From: Octopus sinensis
Lineage: Eukaryota
DNA length: 29,836 nt
Direction: 5' to 3'
Assembly: GCF_006345805.1 (NCBI RefSeq)
Contig: NW_021832664.1
Location: forward strand, 1-29,836
Every line of letters begins with the position of its first letter. Position 1 is the stretch's first letter. The position numbers were made by a program, and so were the translations under genes. The notes below the pieces were generated by a model that was not told the DNA's origin, did no database searches, and saw nothing but the letters and a program-made list of their open reading frames with translations. This document shows positions 1-11,249 of the stretch, in pieces.

Positions 1-149
1 TGGTGTGTTTTATCTTACCTAGCGGTTCGGCAAAAGAGACCGATGGAATAAGTACTAGGCTTTCAGAGAATAAGTCCTGGGGGTCGAGTTGGTCGACTAA
101 AGGCGGTGCTCCAGCATGGCCACACTCAAATGACAAACAAGTAAAAGAG
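1..149 (+). mobile_element. SINE family A, 3' half (truncated by window start)
   Basis: Contains AGCGGTTCGGCAAAAGAGACCGAT...AAGGCGGTGCTCCAGCATGGCC...CAAGTAAAAGAG, matching the 3' half of the family seen at 521-880, 3797-4154 and 9409-9693. Confidence 0.85.
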
Positions 150-163
150 AATATATGTGAGCG

Positions 164-203
<40 letters not shown>

Positions 204-426
204 GTTATATCTGCGTTTGACAACCGGTGTTGGTGGGTGTCAGAGTGACGCAGCGGCTCGTCAAAATAGACTTGATTTAATAATAATAATAATAAAAATT
301 ATTCGATCCACTGAAATTCCTCAAGGCGGTGTCCCAGCATGGATACACAATCTAATACCTGAAGCAATTAAAAGGTGAAGGATATATATATATATGCGTG
401 TGTGTGTGTGTGTAAGTATATCTTAT

Positions 427-520
427 AGTGGTAAGTAGCTTGCTAACCAACCACATGGTTCCGGGTTCAGTCCCACTGCGTGGCATCTTGCGCAAGTGTC
501 TTCTGCTATAGCCCCGGACC
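427..520 (+). mobile_element. SINE family A, tRNA-like head only
   Basis: GTGGTAAGTAGCTTGC (box A-like) and GGTTCAGTCCC (box B-like). It is the reverse complement of ~775-870 and joins directly to the - strand copy. Confidence 0.85.
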
Positions 521-675
521 GCCTTTAATCGAGCAACTCGACCCCGGGACTTATTCTTTTGTAAGCCCAGTACTTATTCTATCGGTCTCCTTTGCCGAAC
601 CGCTAAGTAACGGGAACATAAACACACCAGCATCGGTTGTCAAGCAATGCTAGGGGGACAAACACAGGCACACAA

Positions 676-720
<45 letters not shown>

Positions 721-880
721 TACGACAGGCTTCTTTCAGTTTCCGTCTACCAAATCCACTCACAAGGCATTGGTCGGCCCGGGGCTATAGCAGAAAACAC
801 TTGCTCAAGATGCCACGCAGTGGGACCGAACCCGGCACCATGTGGTTGATAAGCAAGCTACTTACCACACAGCCACTCCT
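521..880 (-). mobile_element. SINE family A, near full length (3' tail missing)
   Basis: The - strand reads GGAGTGGCTGTGTGGTAAG (box A), GGTTCGGTCCC (box B), a central (TA)/(GT) microsatellite, then the family 3' body. Confidence 0.9.
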
Positions 881-908
881 GTGCCTATATATATATAATT
901 ATATATAT

Positions 909-939
<31 letters not shown>

Positions 940-1119
940 GAGGTAATCAGATCAGATGGTTCATTTTTGTAGATATTTATTTATATATTACATTTTTTAC
1001 ATATATATCATATCATTCGGATTAGCGCTTGCTCCCATTCTAGTGGGTTTTTCAAATCAAATCATTTTGGGTAGTTTGAACCTTTTTATAGTTTCATAGT
1101 AGTAGGTGAGGAGGAAGTG

Positions 1120-1406
1120 AGGCAGAGAGAAAATATGTGTGTATGTGGTGTGTGTTGTGTGTGTGTGTGTGCGTGTTGTGTGTGTGTGTGCGCATTTATA
1201 TCTGAGAGTGAAGAAGTGTTATTTCCGTTGGTCTGCTGGACCCCCTGTGGTTTTATAAGAACTTTGGCTGTCCATTTCAATGTCACTGAGTGTGTGTTGT
1301 GCATATGTTGGCCTGGCAAATGTCATTTGGGGTCACACTTTCTATGATCATTCTGTGTAGGTGTGTGGTGTGTGTGTGTGTCTCTGTGTGTCTGTGTGGT
1401 GTTTTT

Positions 1407-1439
<33 letters not shown>

Positions 1440-1655
1440 TGTATGTGTGTGTGTGTGTCTGTGTGTTTGGAGAAGGGGAGAGAGACAAAAAGAGAAAAGG
1501 GAAAATAAAATAATAATAATAAAAATAAAAATTAAAAAATAAAAAAAAATAAAATAAAAACAAAAAATTAAAAATAAAATAAAAAAATATAAAGAATAAA
1601 TAAAAATAAAGAATAAAAAATAAAAAAATAAAAATAAAATAAAATAAAAATAAGG
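1120..1655. repeat. (GT)n-rich and (AAAAT)n low-complexity repeats
   Basis: Direct inspection: GT dinucleotide arrays at 1135-1470 and A-rich pentamer-like repeats at 1500-1655. Confidence 0.9.
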
Positions 1656-1956
1656 GAGGAAGTGGAGAAGAAAAAATATTTTTGTGTGTTGATATTTTAC
1701 CAACACATATATATACACACACACAGACTTATACATAAAATATTTGAAAAAACCTTTTTATCGGTTCAAAATGAACAACCAAATTATACCATCTTGAAAG
1801 TTGTATGTCATAGGAAAGTTAAAATTAAAGTGACAATTAAAGGTAAAGATGGAAGTGAATTATAAAGATAATAATATAATATGATGTATATAACAGGCAA
1901 TACACACATCTACACACACACAGATTTTTTTCCTTCAATGTATGTTGAGTAAAGTT

Positions 1957-2151
1957 TCAGCCATTTAATTTGGGGGAGAACTTAGCTATGAAATGTTTTT
2001 CCATATTCCTCCTGAAGGGTGTCATTCTTCGGACACTTGTAGAAGGGAATATCTAAATTTTTCCTTCTCCACATGTAGCTAGGTGTGTGCTTAGTGGTAT
2101 TTTGCGTAGTTCTTCCTGCCGAATATGTTGTCGGTGGATCCTAGCTCGCTG
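1957..2151 (-). pseudogene. C-terminal remnant of a Penelope-like GIY-YIG endonuclease
   Basis: Manual translation of 2151->1957 gives QRARIHRQHIRQEELRKIPLSTHLATCGEGKI*IFP...RRNMEKHFIAKFSPKLNG*. The R..H...I......HL and R..E..FI..F.P.LN patterns match the end of PLE GIY-YIG domains. One internal stop and probable compensating frameshifts; not in the ORF track. Confidence 0.75.
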
Positions 2152-2164
2152 GCACGTATATATA

Positions 2165-2330
2165 TATACGACAGGCTTCGTTCAGTTTCCGTCTACCAAA
2201 TCCACTCACAAGGAATTGGTCGGCCTGGGGCTATAGCAGAAGACACTTGCCCAAGATGCCACGCAGTGGGACTGAACCCGGAACCATGTGGCTGGTTAGC
2301 AAGCTACTTACCACACAGCCACTCCTGCGC
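2165..2330 (-). mobile_element. SINE family A, 5' half
   Basis: The - strand starts GGCGCAGGAGTGGCTGTGTGGTAAG...GGTTCAGTCCC and continues to GAAGCCTGTCGTATA. Confidence 0.9.
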
Positions 2331-2334
2331 CTAT

Positions 2335-2545
2335 ATATACTTTATTTAAAAGCAGCAGAAATGTAACAAAAGCTGTTACTCGGAGTTTCGCGTTCCCGTT
2401 CGTCGGACAGTTTTGTTAAAATAGAACCGAGATAACAATTTGATCAAAACTAGCTTTTGTTACATTTCTGCTGCTTTTAAATAAAGTATATTACTCTACC
2501 TCTGGTATTTGAGTACTCTTTTTTCCACCTTGTTTCACATTTATA
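2335..2545 (-). mobile_element. Penelope-like pLTR fragment with ~40-bp inverted terminal duplication
   Basis: 2335-2374 (...ACTTTATTTAAAAGCAGCAGAAATGTAACAAAAGCT) is the reverse complement of 2452-2491. The fragment contains a hammerhead-like motif and AATAAA, and lies near a GIY-YIG remnant. Confidence 0.6.
2373..2410 (-). ncRNA. Minimal type I hammerhead ribozyme (U4C core variant)
   Basis: The - strand reads CUGU|CCGACGA|ACG-GGAA-CGC|GAAA|CUC-C-GAG|UA|ACAG: stem I 4 bp, GNRA-capped stem II, near-palindromic stem III ACUC(C)GAGU, GUA cleavage triplet (cut 2377/2376). Confidence 0.65.
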
Positions 2546-2555
2546 TGCTTACTCT

Positions 2556-2993
2556 GGGCGAGCTAGCAGAAACGTTAGCACGCCGGGCGAAATGCGTAGC
2601 CGTATTTCGTCTGTCGTTACGTTCCGAGTTCAAATTCCGCCGAGGTCGACTTTGCCTTTCATACTTTCGGGGTCGAGTTTGCCTTTCATCCTTTCGGGGT
2701 CGATAAATTAAGTACCAGTTACGCACTGGGGTCGATATAATAGACTTAATCCCTTTGTCTGTCCTTGTTTGTCCCCTCTATGTTTAGCCCCTTTTGGGTA
2801 GTAAAGAAATAGGTATTTCGTCTGTCGCTACGTTCCGAGTTCAAATTCCGCCGAGGTCGACTTTGCCTTTCATCCTTTCGGGGTCGATAAATTAAGTACC
2901 ATTTACGCACTGGGGTCGATATAATAGATTTAATCCCTTTGTCTGTCCTTGTTTGTCCTCTCTGTGTTTAGCCCCTTGTGGGTAGTAAAGAAA
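2556..2993 (+). mobile_element. SINE family B, dimeric copy
   Basis: Head GGCGAGCTAGCAGAAACG (box A) and GAGTTCAAATTCC (box B). The body ends AAAGAAATA at ~2811, then a second unit restarts at GGTATTTCGTCTG. There is a small internal ~26-bp duplication at ~2664-2690. Confidence 0.9.
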
Positions 2994-3280
2994 TATAAAT
3001 ATATATATATCTATTTGAACGCCCCCATGCTGGGATCACTGCCTTGAACGAATCCTTAGTTAAATGGTATAGACCCCTGTTCTTATAAATAGATAAGTAG
3101 ATAGATAAAAAAATAGACTATTGACAGACAGACAGACAAATATATATATTTTGTGGTGTCTCGGGAGAGTCACATTGTCATAATAAAAATGCCTTATCAA
3201 TCAAACTTCACAGGTTCGATTTCCAGACAGTTAAATACATGGTATGGCAGACAGATAAATATATAGATATATATATATAG

Positions 3281-3590
3281 ATGGTTCTGGGTTCAGTCCC
3301 ACTGCTTGGCACCTTAGACAAGTGTCTTCTGCTATGAGTGGATTTGGTACAAGGAAACTGAAAGAAGCCCAGCCGTCACACACACACACACATATATAAT
3401 GCATGTATTTGTCTGTGTTTATCCCCCCGTCCCTCGTTTGACCACCGATGTTGGTGTGTTTACGTCCCTGTATTCATAACGCTTCGGCAAAAGTGACCGA
3501 TAGTATAAGTACAAGGCTTACAAGGAATACATTCTGCGGTGTTACAGCATGGCCGCAGTCAAATCCCTGAAAGTAAAAGAAATGAAGAAT
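3281..3590 (+). mobile_element. SINE family A, diverged variant
   Basis: GGTTCTGGGTTCAGTCCC box B and family body with diagnostic deletions shared with the copy at 28213-28520. Confidence 0.8.
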
Positions 3591-3796
3591 ATGTATATAT
3601 GTATGCTTATAGCATATGTATATAAATGTACATATATATTTGTATATATACATATATATTTGTGTATATATATATACACAAATATATATGTATATATACA
3701 AATATATATGTACATTTATATATATATATATATATATATACATATATATACAAATATATACAAATATATACATATTTAAATACATATATATGTATA

Positions 3797-4154
3797 CTCT
3801 TTTACTTGTTTCAGTCATTTGACTGCGGCCATGCTGGAGCACCGCCTTTAGTCGAGCAAATCGACCCCGGGACTTATTCTTTGTAAGCCCAGTACTTATT
3901 CTATCGGTCTCTTTTGCCGTAAACACACCAGCATCGGTTGTCAGGCAATGCTAGGGGGACAAACACAGACACCAAAACACACACACGCATATACATATAT
4001 ACGACGGGCTCCTTTCAGTTTCCGTCTACCAATCCACTCACAAGGCTTTGGTCGGCCTGGGGCTATAGCAGAAGACACTTGCCCAAGGTGCCACGCAGTG
4101 GGACTGAACCCGGAACCATGTGGTTCGTTAGCAAGCTACTTACCACACAGCCAC
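3797..4154 (-). mobile_element. SINE family A, near full length
   Basis: The - strand has GGTGGCTGTGTGGTAAG head through the GACTGAAACAAGTAAAAGAG tail. Confidence 0.9.
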
Positions 4155-4186
4155 CATATATATATACATACATATATAATATATAC

Positions 4187-4230
<44 letters not shown>

Positions 4231-5046
4231 GTCTGTCTGAGTATGGGAGTGTGTGTAAACATACACACACATACATATATATATAGGGATCCGTCGTTCT
4301 TCGTCCGTATGTTTTATATAAGGAGTGTGTGTGTGTGTGCGTTCGCGCGTTACGTGTTCTAATTATCTTCGATGTGTTCATGTAACACATTGTCAGCAAT
4401 GTACCAATTTTACTTGGCACACTGCTCTGTTATTGAAAAATCACAGGTGACATGTTTTGCAGGCCTGTTCCACAAATTTAGTAATTTCTTTCTACATTAC
4501 AAACAAAGACACATTCACAAGTAGACAAACAAATGGTTTGATTAGGGTATAATCAATTTGGCGAGGAAACTAAAGAGAAAATATTACGACGATGACCACC
4601 ACAGATCTACAATGGAAGAATTCACCACGTATAGTTGAGGGTAAAAGAAATCGTTGAACGACAGTAAGTACGTCCAAAATTTATAAAGCAGTGACATACA
4701 TACATACATAGATACTTGTAGCACACATGTATATACGTGCAGAGTGAAAATAAATCACACTATTTAATGTGACGGACTACACTGCAAAAAAATCAAAAAT
4801 TTCATTTCTGTTTACAACTTTCTCCGTGTCTATACGCACAATACTTTTATGTATACACACGCAATATTTAGAAAAAAAGGAATATACACAAAAAAGAACG
4901 AAACATGTGTATATACACACACAATATTTAAGAACAAGGAATATACACAAAAAGAACGAATCAAAACAAATATTTTATATTTTACTTTTATCGTATTGTT
5001 GTTTACATTTTCTGTCTCTACGGATGACCAGAACAACAGAATCGCC

Positions 5047-5413
5047 ATGGTGAAATCCATAGCGGCGTGCGATAAGACTGGTTGCTGCTCTAAAATAGAA
5101 CACTGCCCAGAAAATCACACCTGCCCATCTGTACGGAACCCGAAAATACGTTCCGTAATCGCTGGGTCGAATGTGGGACATGTCTCATCTCTGTCTGCCT
5201 CCAATGTGCCACGGACTTTCAGAAGATCCCAGGCCAAAAAAAGAGCCATCATAATGCTATGATGGATAGACTCTGGAAGTGGTTCAGCTTAAATCTTGGA
5301 CTTTTCAGTGTCAGCCTGCGTGCCTCCACAACCGACGATTGTGTCTCCCCCTGCCACTCCCGTGGAGGAGGCGGAACAGCAACAGCAGCAACAACAAAAT
5401 CAACCACAACCAG

Positions 5414-5446
<33 letters not shown>

Positions 5447-6263
5447 TAGAGCAAGCAACAACAAAATCAACCACAACCAAGCAGCAGCACAACAAAAATC
5501 AACACAACCAGAGCAGCAGCAACAACAACATCAACAACAACAACAGCAACAACAAAAAAATCAACCACAACCAGAGCAACAGCAGCAACAACAGCAACAC
5601 CAATTGACCAGTGCGGTTCTTGCAGAACTGCAACAATCGATCTGTGCTTTAAATGGGAAGTAGCAGGAATAAAAGCAACCATTCAGGTTGGACTCCACAA
5701 TGAGGGGTCTTCGGAATGCTCTGCTAAAGAACCTCCCTGTACCTGTACCTCTTGTCGCATTTAAGACCGCGGATTCTGCCACCCATGAAGTCATTGCCAT
5801 TGGGGTGCCAGAAGACATGGCTGATCTTCAGGCTTTTGCTGCCAACTCAGCCAAAGACCTAGGCTGCGTTCCCCCAACGGGTGCTATCCGCCTTGGACGA
5901 CCTGGCCCAAAACCTAGGCTCATCAAGTTGTCTTTTACGGACCCCACTGAGGCAACCTCTTACCATCTGGCCTCAGTTAAAGCTGGGCGGGAAAATCGGA
6001 CCACCTTCCGAACACGCCCAGGCTTACCGTCCGATGTACGTCCGAAGCTACGTGTAGTGGCTTCCCTGAATAGGAACTCAGCTCTACAGGAAAGCTTCAG
6101 TCTTCGGGAAGATGGACAAATCTGGAGATTTGTCAAGACTGCTGAAACGTGGAAGAGAGATACCAGCTGGTCTGAGTGCTCTCTACCCACAATAACTAAA
6201 AAGACTACAGCAACTCAGGGAACTAAGCCAGAACAACCTGCCATCCTCTACACACCATCATAA
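5047..6263 (+). pseudogene. CR1 ORF1 (PHD finger, poly-Q repeats, coiled coil, RRM-like region), frameshifted
   Basis: GCCATGG start at 5047. Joining frames gives CP(I)C-TEPENTFRNRWVE-CGTC-LISV-C-LQ-C...FQC(x)AC, a Q-rich tract, then VIAIGVPED...AIRLGRPGPKPRLIKLSF, typical of CR1 ORF1. Several 1-bp shifts. Confidence 0.75.
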
Positions 6264-6269
6264 ACTGCG

Positions 6270-9047
6270 AGCAGGGTACAAATTGTTGTCCTTAAATGCT
6301 CGCAGTTTATGCAACAAAATACATTTGTTCAACGCCTACGTCAGAAGTGTTGACCCTGACTTCATCACTGTCACGGAAACATGGCGCATTCCTTACTCTG
6401 TGATGGGGTTTTCAACATTACGGGGTACAACCTCTTCCGTAAGGACCGCACTAACCGCCGTGGTGGTGGTGTGATGGTCTACGTTCGTTCAAATTTTTTG
6501 GTAATTCCTTGTGCCGATTTGAACGAATCACAAGAAGAAGTTTTTTTCTGTGACGTGCGTATGACCATGTCAACACTCCTGCTTGGCGTTGTTTATCGTC
6601 CCCCAAGTTACCATCGGGACACACAGCTTTGCAATGTCCTCCGAGCTGCTGCCAGGAAAACAGCCACTTATGTGTTTATTGCAGGCGATTTCAATCATCC
6701 TGAGATCGATTGGGAGACCTTCCATTGGCCACAGAGTGCAAACGATTTTGTTGAGCTTGTGCTGGACTCAAACTGGTCACAAGTAGTCACCTCTCCAACA
6801 AGAGGCGACAACACCTTGGACCTGCTCTTCACCACAACTCCTGAAGCGTTATCAATTGCACTACGGAGGAACCTCTAGGTGACTCTGATCATGCTATGAT
6901 CATCGCCAATCTGGCTCTTGCGGGCAACAAAAACCTGAACCATCTCCAATCTGCTTCCTTCGATTGGAAGAGAGCAGATTGGAACCTGTACCACACTGAA
7001 CTACAGCACCCAAACTGGCGTGAATTCTACAACTCTGGAGATGTGAATACTATACTCCAGAGTATCCTGGACTCAATATGGGCAGCATGTGCAGCATCAG
7101 TGCCACGTAAACAAAAAAAGAAGAACCGCCCCAAAAGGGCAATTTGGGAAACTTCAGCGGTCCGACTTGCCAGGAAGGAACGTCGGACTGCTGAACGGGA
7201 ATACAGGTTGCATAAATCAGACACCAACAGGAAGAAGCGGAATAAATCCTCCAACCATCTCAAGCAGGTGACAAAAAAGGCAGTGCTTGAATTTGAACAG
7301 TGCATAGCAGCCAATCCTGACAGCAAGGTTTTCTGGAAATATGTGCACTCAAAGCAGAGACCTCACTCTCCAGTGGGCCCTCTTCGCAACCCTCACACAA
7401 ACCAGATCACTGACGACCCCAAGGAATGCGCAGAACTCATTGCCGAGTGCTATGCAACATATTCACTGTTGAAAGTCAAAATGTACCATCTTCACCATCA
7501 CTAACAGCAAACTCCATAACAACTATGGAATTTACACCTGCAATGCTGCGACGTCACCTTCAAAATAAGCGCAACTATGCCTCCCCTGGTCTCGATGGAG
7601 TTACATACCTGCTTCTCAAACGTGGCAGGCACTTCCTTTTACACCAGCTTTCTATTTTCTTCCAGTACTGTCTCAACAATGGTGCTACTCCGCGGAGCAG
7701 TGGAAAACTGCCAGTGTCATTCCTCTGTTCAAAAAGGGCGACCGCACATCACCTGTCAACTATCGCCCAGTCAGTCTCACTAGCTGTATTGCAAAACTGA
7801 TGGAATCGTGTGTCAGAGAAACACTCTGGAACTTCTGGAGCTCTCACAGTCTCATCCGACCCTCACAATATGGATTTGTCCCTAACTCCAGCTGCAGTGA
7901 CCAGCTTGTCGAGTTCCTTGAGGACATTACTCAGATTACTGACAGTGGCTCATGGGTGGATGTTGTCTACCTTGACTTTGCTAAGGCTTTCAACTCTGTG
8001 CCACACAAAAGGCTTATGGTGAAACTCTCTGCAATGGGTGTGGGGGATGACCTTTTTAACTGGTTGAAATCCTTCATCCTCAGCCGAAAGGAGGTAGTCA
8101 CAGTTCTAGGACAGCACTCTACACCATATGAGATGTCATCGGGTGTACCACAGGGATCTGTCCTTGGTCCCCTCTTGTTTGTGGCATACATTAACGACAT
8201 AGATGCCAATTTAAAGAATGCCACAGTATTGAAATATGCAGACGACATCAAGCTGTACCTTGAAATCAAGAGGACAGATCCTGATGTCTACAACTCTTTC
8301 CTGCAATCAGACCTAGACACAATGCAGCAATGGATCACAGACTGGCAACTGAAACTGGCTGTGGACAAGTGTACCACCATGCATTTTGGGAGAAAAAACC
8401 CTGCGTTCACATACTCCCTCCACAACACTGATATCAAGAAATCCTCTTGCGAGCGTGACCTAGGCATCACTGTCAGCAGTGATTTGCGTTGGTCAAAGCA
8501 TATCTCTAAGATTGTCAGGAAGGCCGAGGGTGTCTTGGCATCACTCAGCAGGTCTTTTGTTAGCCGCTCTCCAGCCATCTATTTAAAACTGTATACAGCT
8601 ATGGTACGACCACACTTGGAATTCGCATCATCAGTTTGGAACCCCTATCTTGCACAGAACATTGACCTCCTGGAATCTGTCCAGAGACGTGCAACCAAAC
8701 GCATACCCTCCATCAGACACCTACCATATTCTGAGCGCCTTGTTTCCCTGGGCATGGATTCACTGAAGCTCCGGCGTTTGGCGACGGACTTGGTAAACCC
8801 CACAAAGTTATCAACCACCTCACCAACAACAACACTGAACACCTTTTTGATCTCCATGTGTCTAACACACGTGGACATGCCTACAAAGTCAGAAAACAAT
8901 ACAGCTCCCATGACTTTCGGAACACATTTTTTCACGCTCAGAGTTGCTGAAGCATGGAATAAACTGCCTGCGTCAGTTGTTGACTGCCATGACACTGCAT
9001 CTTTTAAGGCCCTCATGCTTTCCGAAATCCGCCGAAACTACACCTGA
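6270..9047 (+). pseudogene. CR1 ORF2: apurinic-like endonuclease + reverse transcriptase, frameshifted
   Basis: APE motifs SLNARSL, ITVTETW, RGGGVMVYV, VVYRPP, AGDFNHP, TLDLLF, SDH. RT motifs SPGLDG, NYRPVSLTS, QYGF, VYLDFAKAF, GVPQGSVLGPLLF, YADD. The C-terminus has LESVQRRATK. Confidence 0.95.
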
Positions 9048-9408
9048 TTATATATACACTTTAGATGAGTTGTAGTGCACCTGAGCACTGTACACAATTA
9101 TTATTATTATTATTATTATTATTAAACAACAGGATTTAATGAATTTTTTTCTCTCTCGTAATTACAACAAATTAGAAATAAGCAAGGGAGTTTACACAAA
9201 CCGTTTAATTAGTTGATAACGTATCGTTCGTAGGTGCGTGTGTGTATTTATATATATATATATCTATATATTTATATATATATATATCTAATATTTATAT
9301 ATATATATCATATATTTATATATATATATCTATATATTTATAATATATCTATATATTTATTATATATATCTATATATTTATATATGTATATCTATATATT
9401 TATATATA

Positions 9409-9472
9409 GGCGCAGGATGGATTTGGTAGACGGAAACTGAAAGAAGCCTGTCGTATATATGTATATATATAT

Positions 9473-9505
<33 letters not shown>

Positions 9506-9691
9506 GTGTGCTTGTGTGTCTGTGTTTGTCCCCCTAGCATAGCTTGACAACCGATGCTGGTGTGTTTACGTCCCCGTCACTTAGAGACCGATAGAATAAG
9601 CACTGGGCTTACAAAGAATAAGTCCCGGGGTCGATTTGCTCGACTGCATGGCCGCTGTCAAAATGACTGAAACAAGTAAAAGAGTAAAAGA

Positions 9692-9693
<2 letters not shown>
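9409..9693 (+). mobile_element. SINE family A with internal deletions
   Basis: GGCGCAGGA joins directly to TGGATTTGGTAGACGG (head deleted); central microsatellite; tail GACTGAAACAAGTAAAAGAGTAAAAGAG. Confidence 0.85.
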
Positions 9694-9731
<38 letters not shown>

Positions 9732-9791
9732 TACGTACGTACACACATGCATATATACATACTTACGTCTCTCTGTATGTATGTCAATATA

Positions 9792-9835
<44 letters not shown>

Positions 9836-10110
9836 GGTACTTTAACTTAAGTACCATATGTATGTATATTATATATATGTATATATATACATACAAAATA
9901 TATATACATATATGTGTGTATGTATATATATACATACATATACACACACAAATATCTATAAATAAATACATATGTATGTATATATATATATATATATGTG
10001 TTGTATGTATTATATATACATATATATATACATGCATATGTATTTATATATAGATATTTGTGTGTGTATATATCTGTATATATATACATATATATAATGT
10101 ATATATATAT
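9694..10110. repeat. (TA)n-rich compound microsatellite
   Basis: Direct inspection. Confidence 0.9.
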
Positions 10111-10340
10111 ATTGATTGAATTACAATAATCGTAATTTAACTTCTATCCAATTCTTTGGTGTCAAATTCCAGCAGCGGTTGTGCGGGTAGGAAAGAAATT
10201 TACCGCTCAACCACACAGCCCAGGGTTCGGTCCTTATAACTGTATGGGAATAGGCGTGGGCCCACTACAGATTTTTGAGTTGTTTTGGTGGAAAAGACCT
10301 GAAAGAAGCTCAACGCGCGTGTGTGTATGTATGTATATAT

Positions 10341-11050
10341 ATTTTCATTCTCTCTCTGGCTTTCATTCAGTCGTTTATCTAATTAATTATTTTTCCCCCT
10401 CAAATATAGTATTCAAACTAGTTGCTTCGATTCTCTCTCTCTCTCTCTCGTGTTTCCGTCCCCTTCCCTAATTCCCTTATAAAAGCCAGCGTGCGATCGT
10501 ATCTGATCCCTATTCACTCGCTACACCTTCAGAGAAAACACAGACTTCCAAAAATGGCCAGCTAAGTCAATTTCATCCTGCTCTTTTCATATTTTTAAGC
10601 GTTTTGTTTGGATAGCTTGATCTGTTCTCCCTTCGTTCCCCTATTCTCTAAACATGGCGACTTCATGCATTGCATTTTTAAAGTTTATTTTCCTTCAGGG
10701 CCATCTTCGATGTTTATCCCATTCTCCTCCGAAATATGCCCCCTCGTCTCTTACCGTATTTTTTTTTTTTTTTTTTTTTTTCATTATTTATCTATTCTCA
10801 TTCTCTACCGTATTTTTTTCATTATTTATCTATTTCCATTCTCTACCGTATTTTTTATTATTTATCTATTTTCATTCTCTCTCTGGCTTTCATTCAGTCA
10901 TTTATCTAATTAATTATTTTTCCCCCTCAAATATAGTATTCAAACTAGTTGCTTCGATTCTCTCTCTCTCTCTCTCGTGTTTCCGTCCCCTTCCCTAATT
11001 CCCTTATAAAAGCCAGCGTGCGATCGTATCTGATCCCTATTCACTCGCTA
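10341..11050 (+). repeat. ~527-bp tandem repeat, left part (partial + one full unit)
   Basis: CCCTATTCACTCGCTA occurs at 10508 and 11035 (period 527). Each unit has a (CT)n tract, a TATA box, a poly-T run and ~34-bp internal subrepeats. Confidence 0.95.
10959..11050 (+). promoter_or_regulatory. Putative Pol II core promoter of the tandem unit: (CT)n/GAGA tract, TATA box, initiator-like TATTCAC
   Basis: TATAAAA at 11005-11011, 30 nt before CCCTATTCAC. The same spacing recurs at 10478/10508 and 16813/16843. Promoter function is inferred. Confidence 0.5.
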
Positions 11051-11249
11051 GCCCTATTCACTCGCTACGACTGTTCATTTGCGTTGTGAGAAAATTGCTG
11101 CCTCCATTTAAGAGAGTTCGAATTTGTGATATTATTGTTTGTGCTAACTGTTTTGAACAGTGCCCGTTGTAAAACGGTAATTTTCGCCCTACGGGGCAGA
11201 AAATTTGTATTACCTGCATTTTTGTTACCTTCGAGGTAAATTTTTTGAA

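Larger units (their letters stand above)
4850..9123 (+). mobile_element. CR1-type non-LTR retrotransposon (5' boundary approximate)
   Basis: ORF1 with PHD finger, ORF2 with APE and RT, a short 3' UTR with a GTGC-ACCTGA-GCAC stem-loop and an (ATT)n tail at 9097-9123. No TSD found. Confidence 0.9.

Noticed and set aside
2556-2645. Box A/box B motifs suggesting tRNA genes in SINE heads
   Set aside because: They lie in dispersed repeats with long non-tRNA bodies and give no complete cloverleaf, so they are SINE heads rather than tRNA genes.
4555-4672. Possible host exon ending at a CAGTAAGT donor-like site
   Set aside because: All three + frames contain stops and there is no convincing acceptor.
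10554-10575. ATGGCCAGCTAAGTCAA in the tandem unit resembles a histone H3 start (MARTKQ) or an exon/GTAAGT donor
   Set aside because: It needs indels or a GT->CT change present in all three copies, and the downstream sequence is not histone-like.
10608-10998. ORFs in the tandem unit (MATSCIAF..., MDSLICSP...)
   Set aside because: They run through poly-T and subrepeats, frames differ between copies, and there is no recognisable domain.
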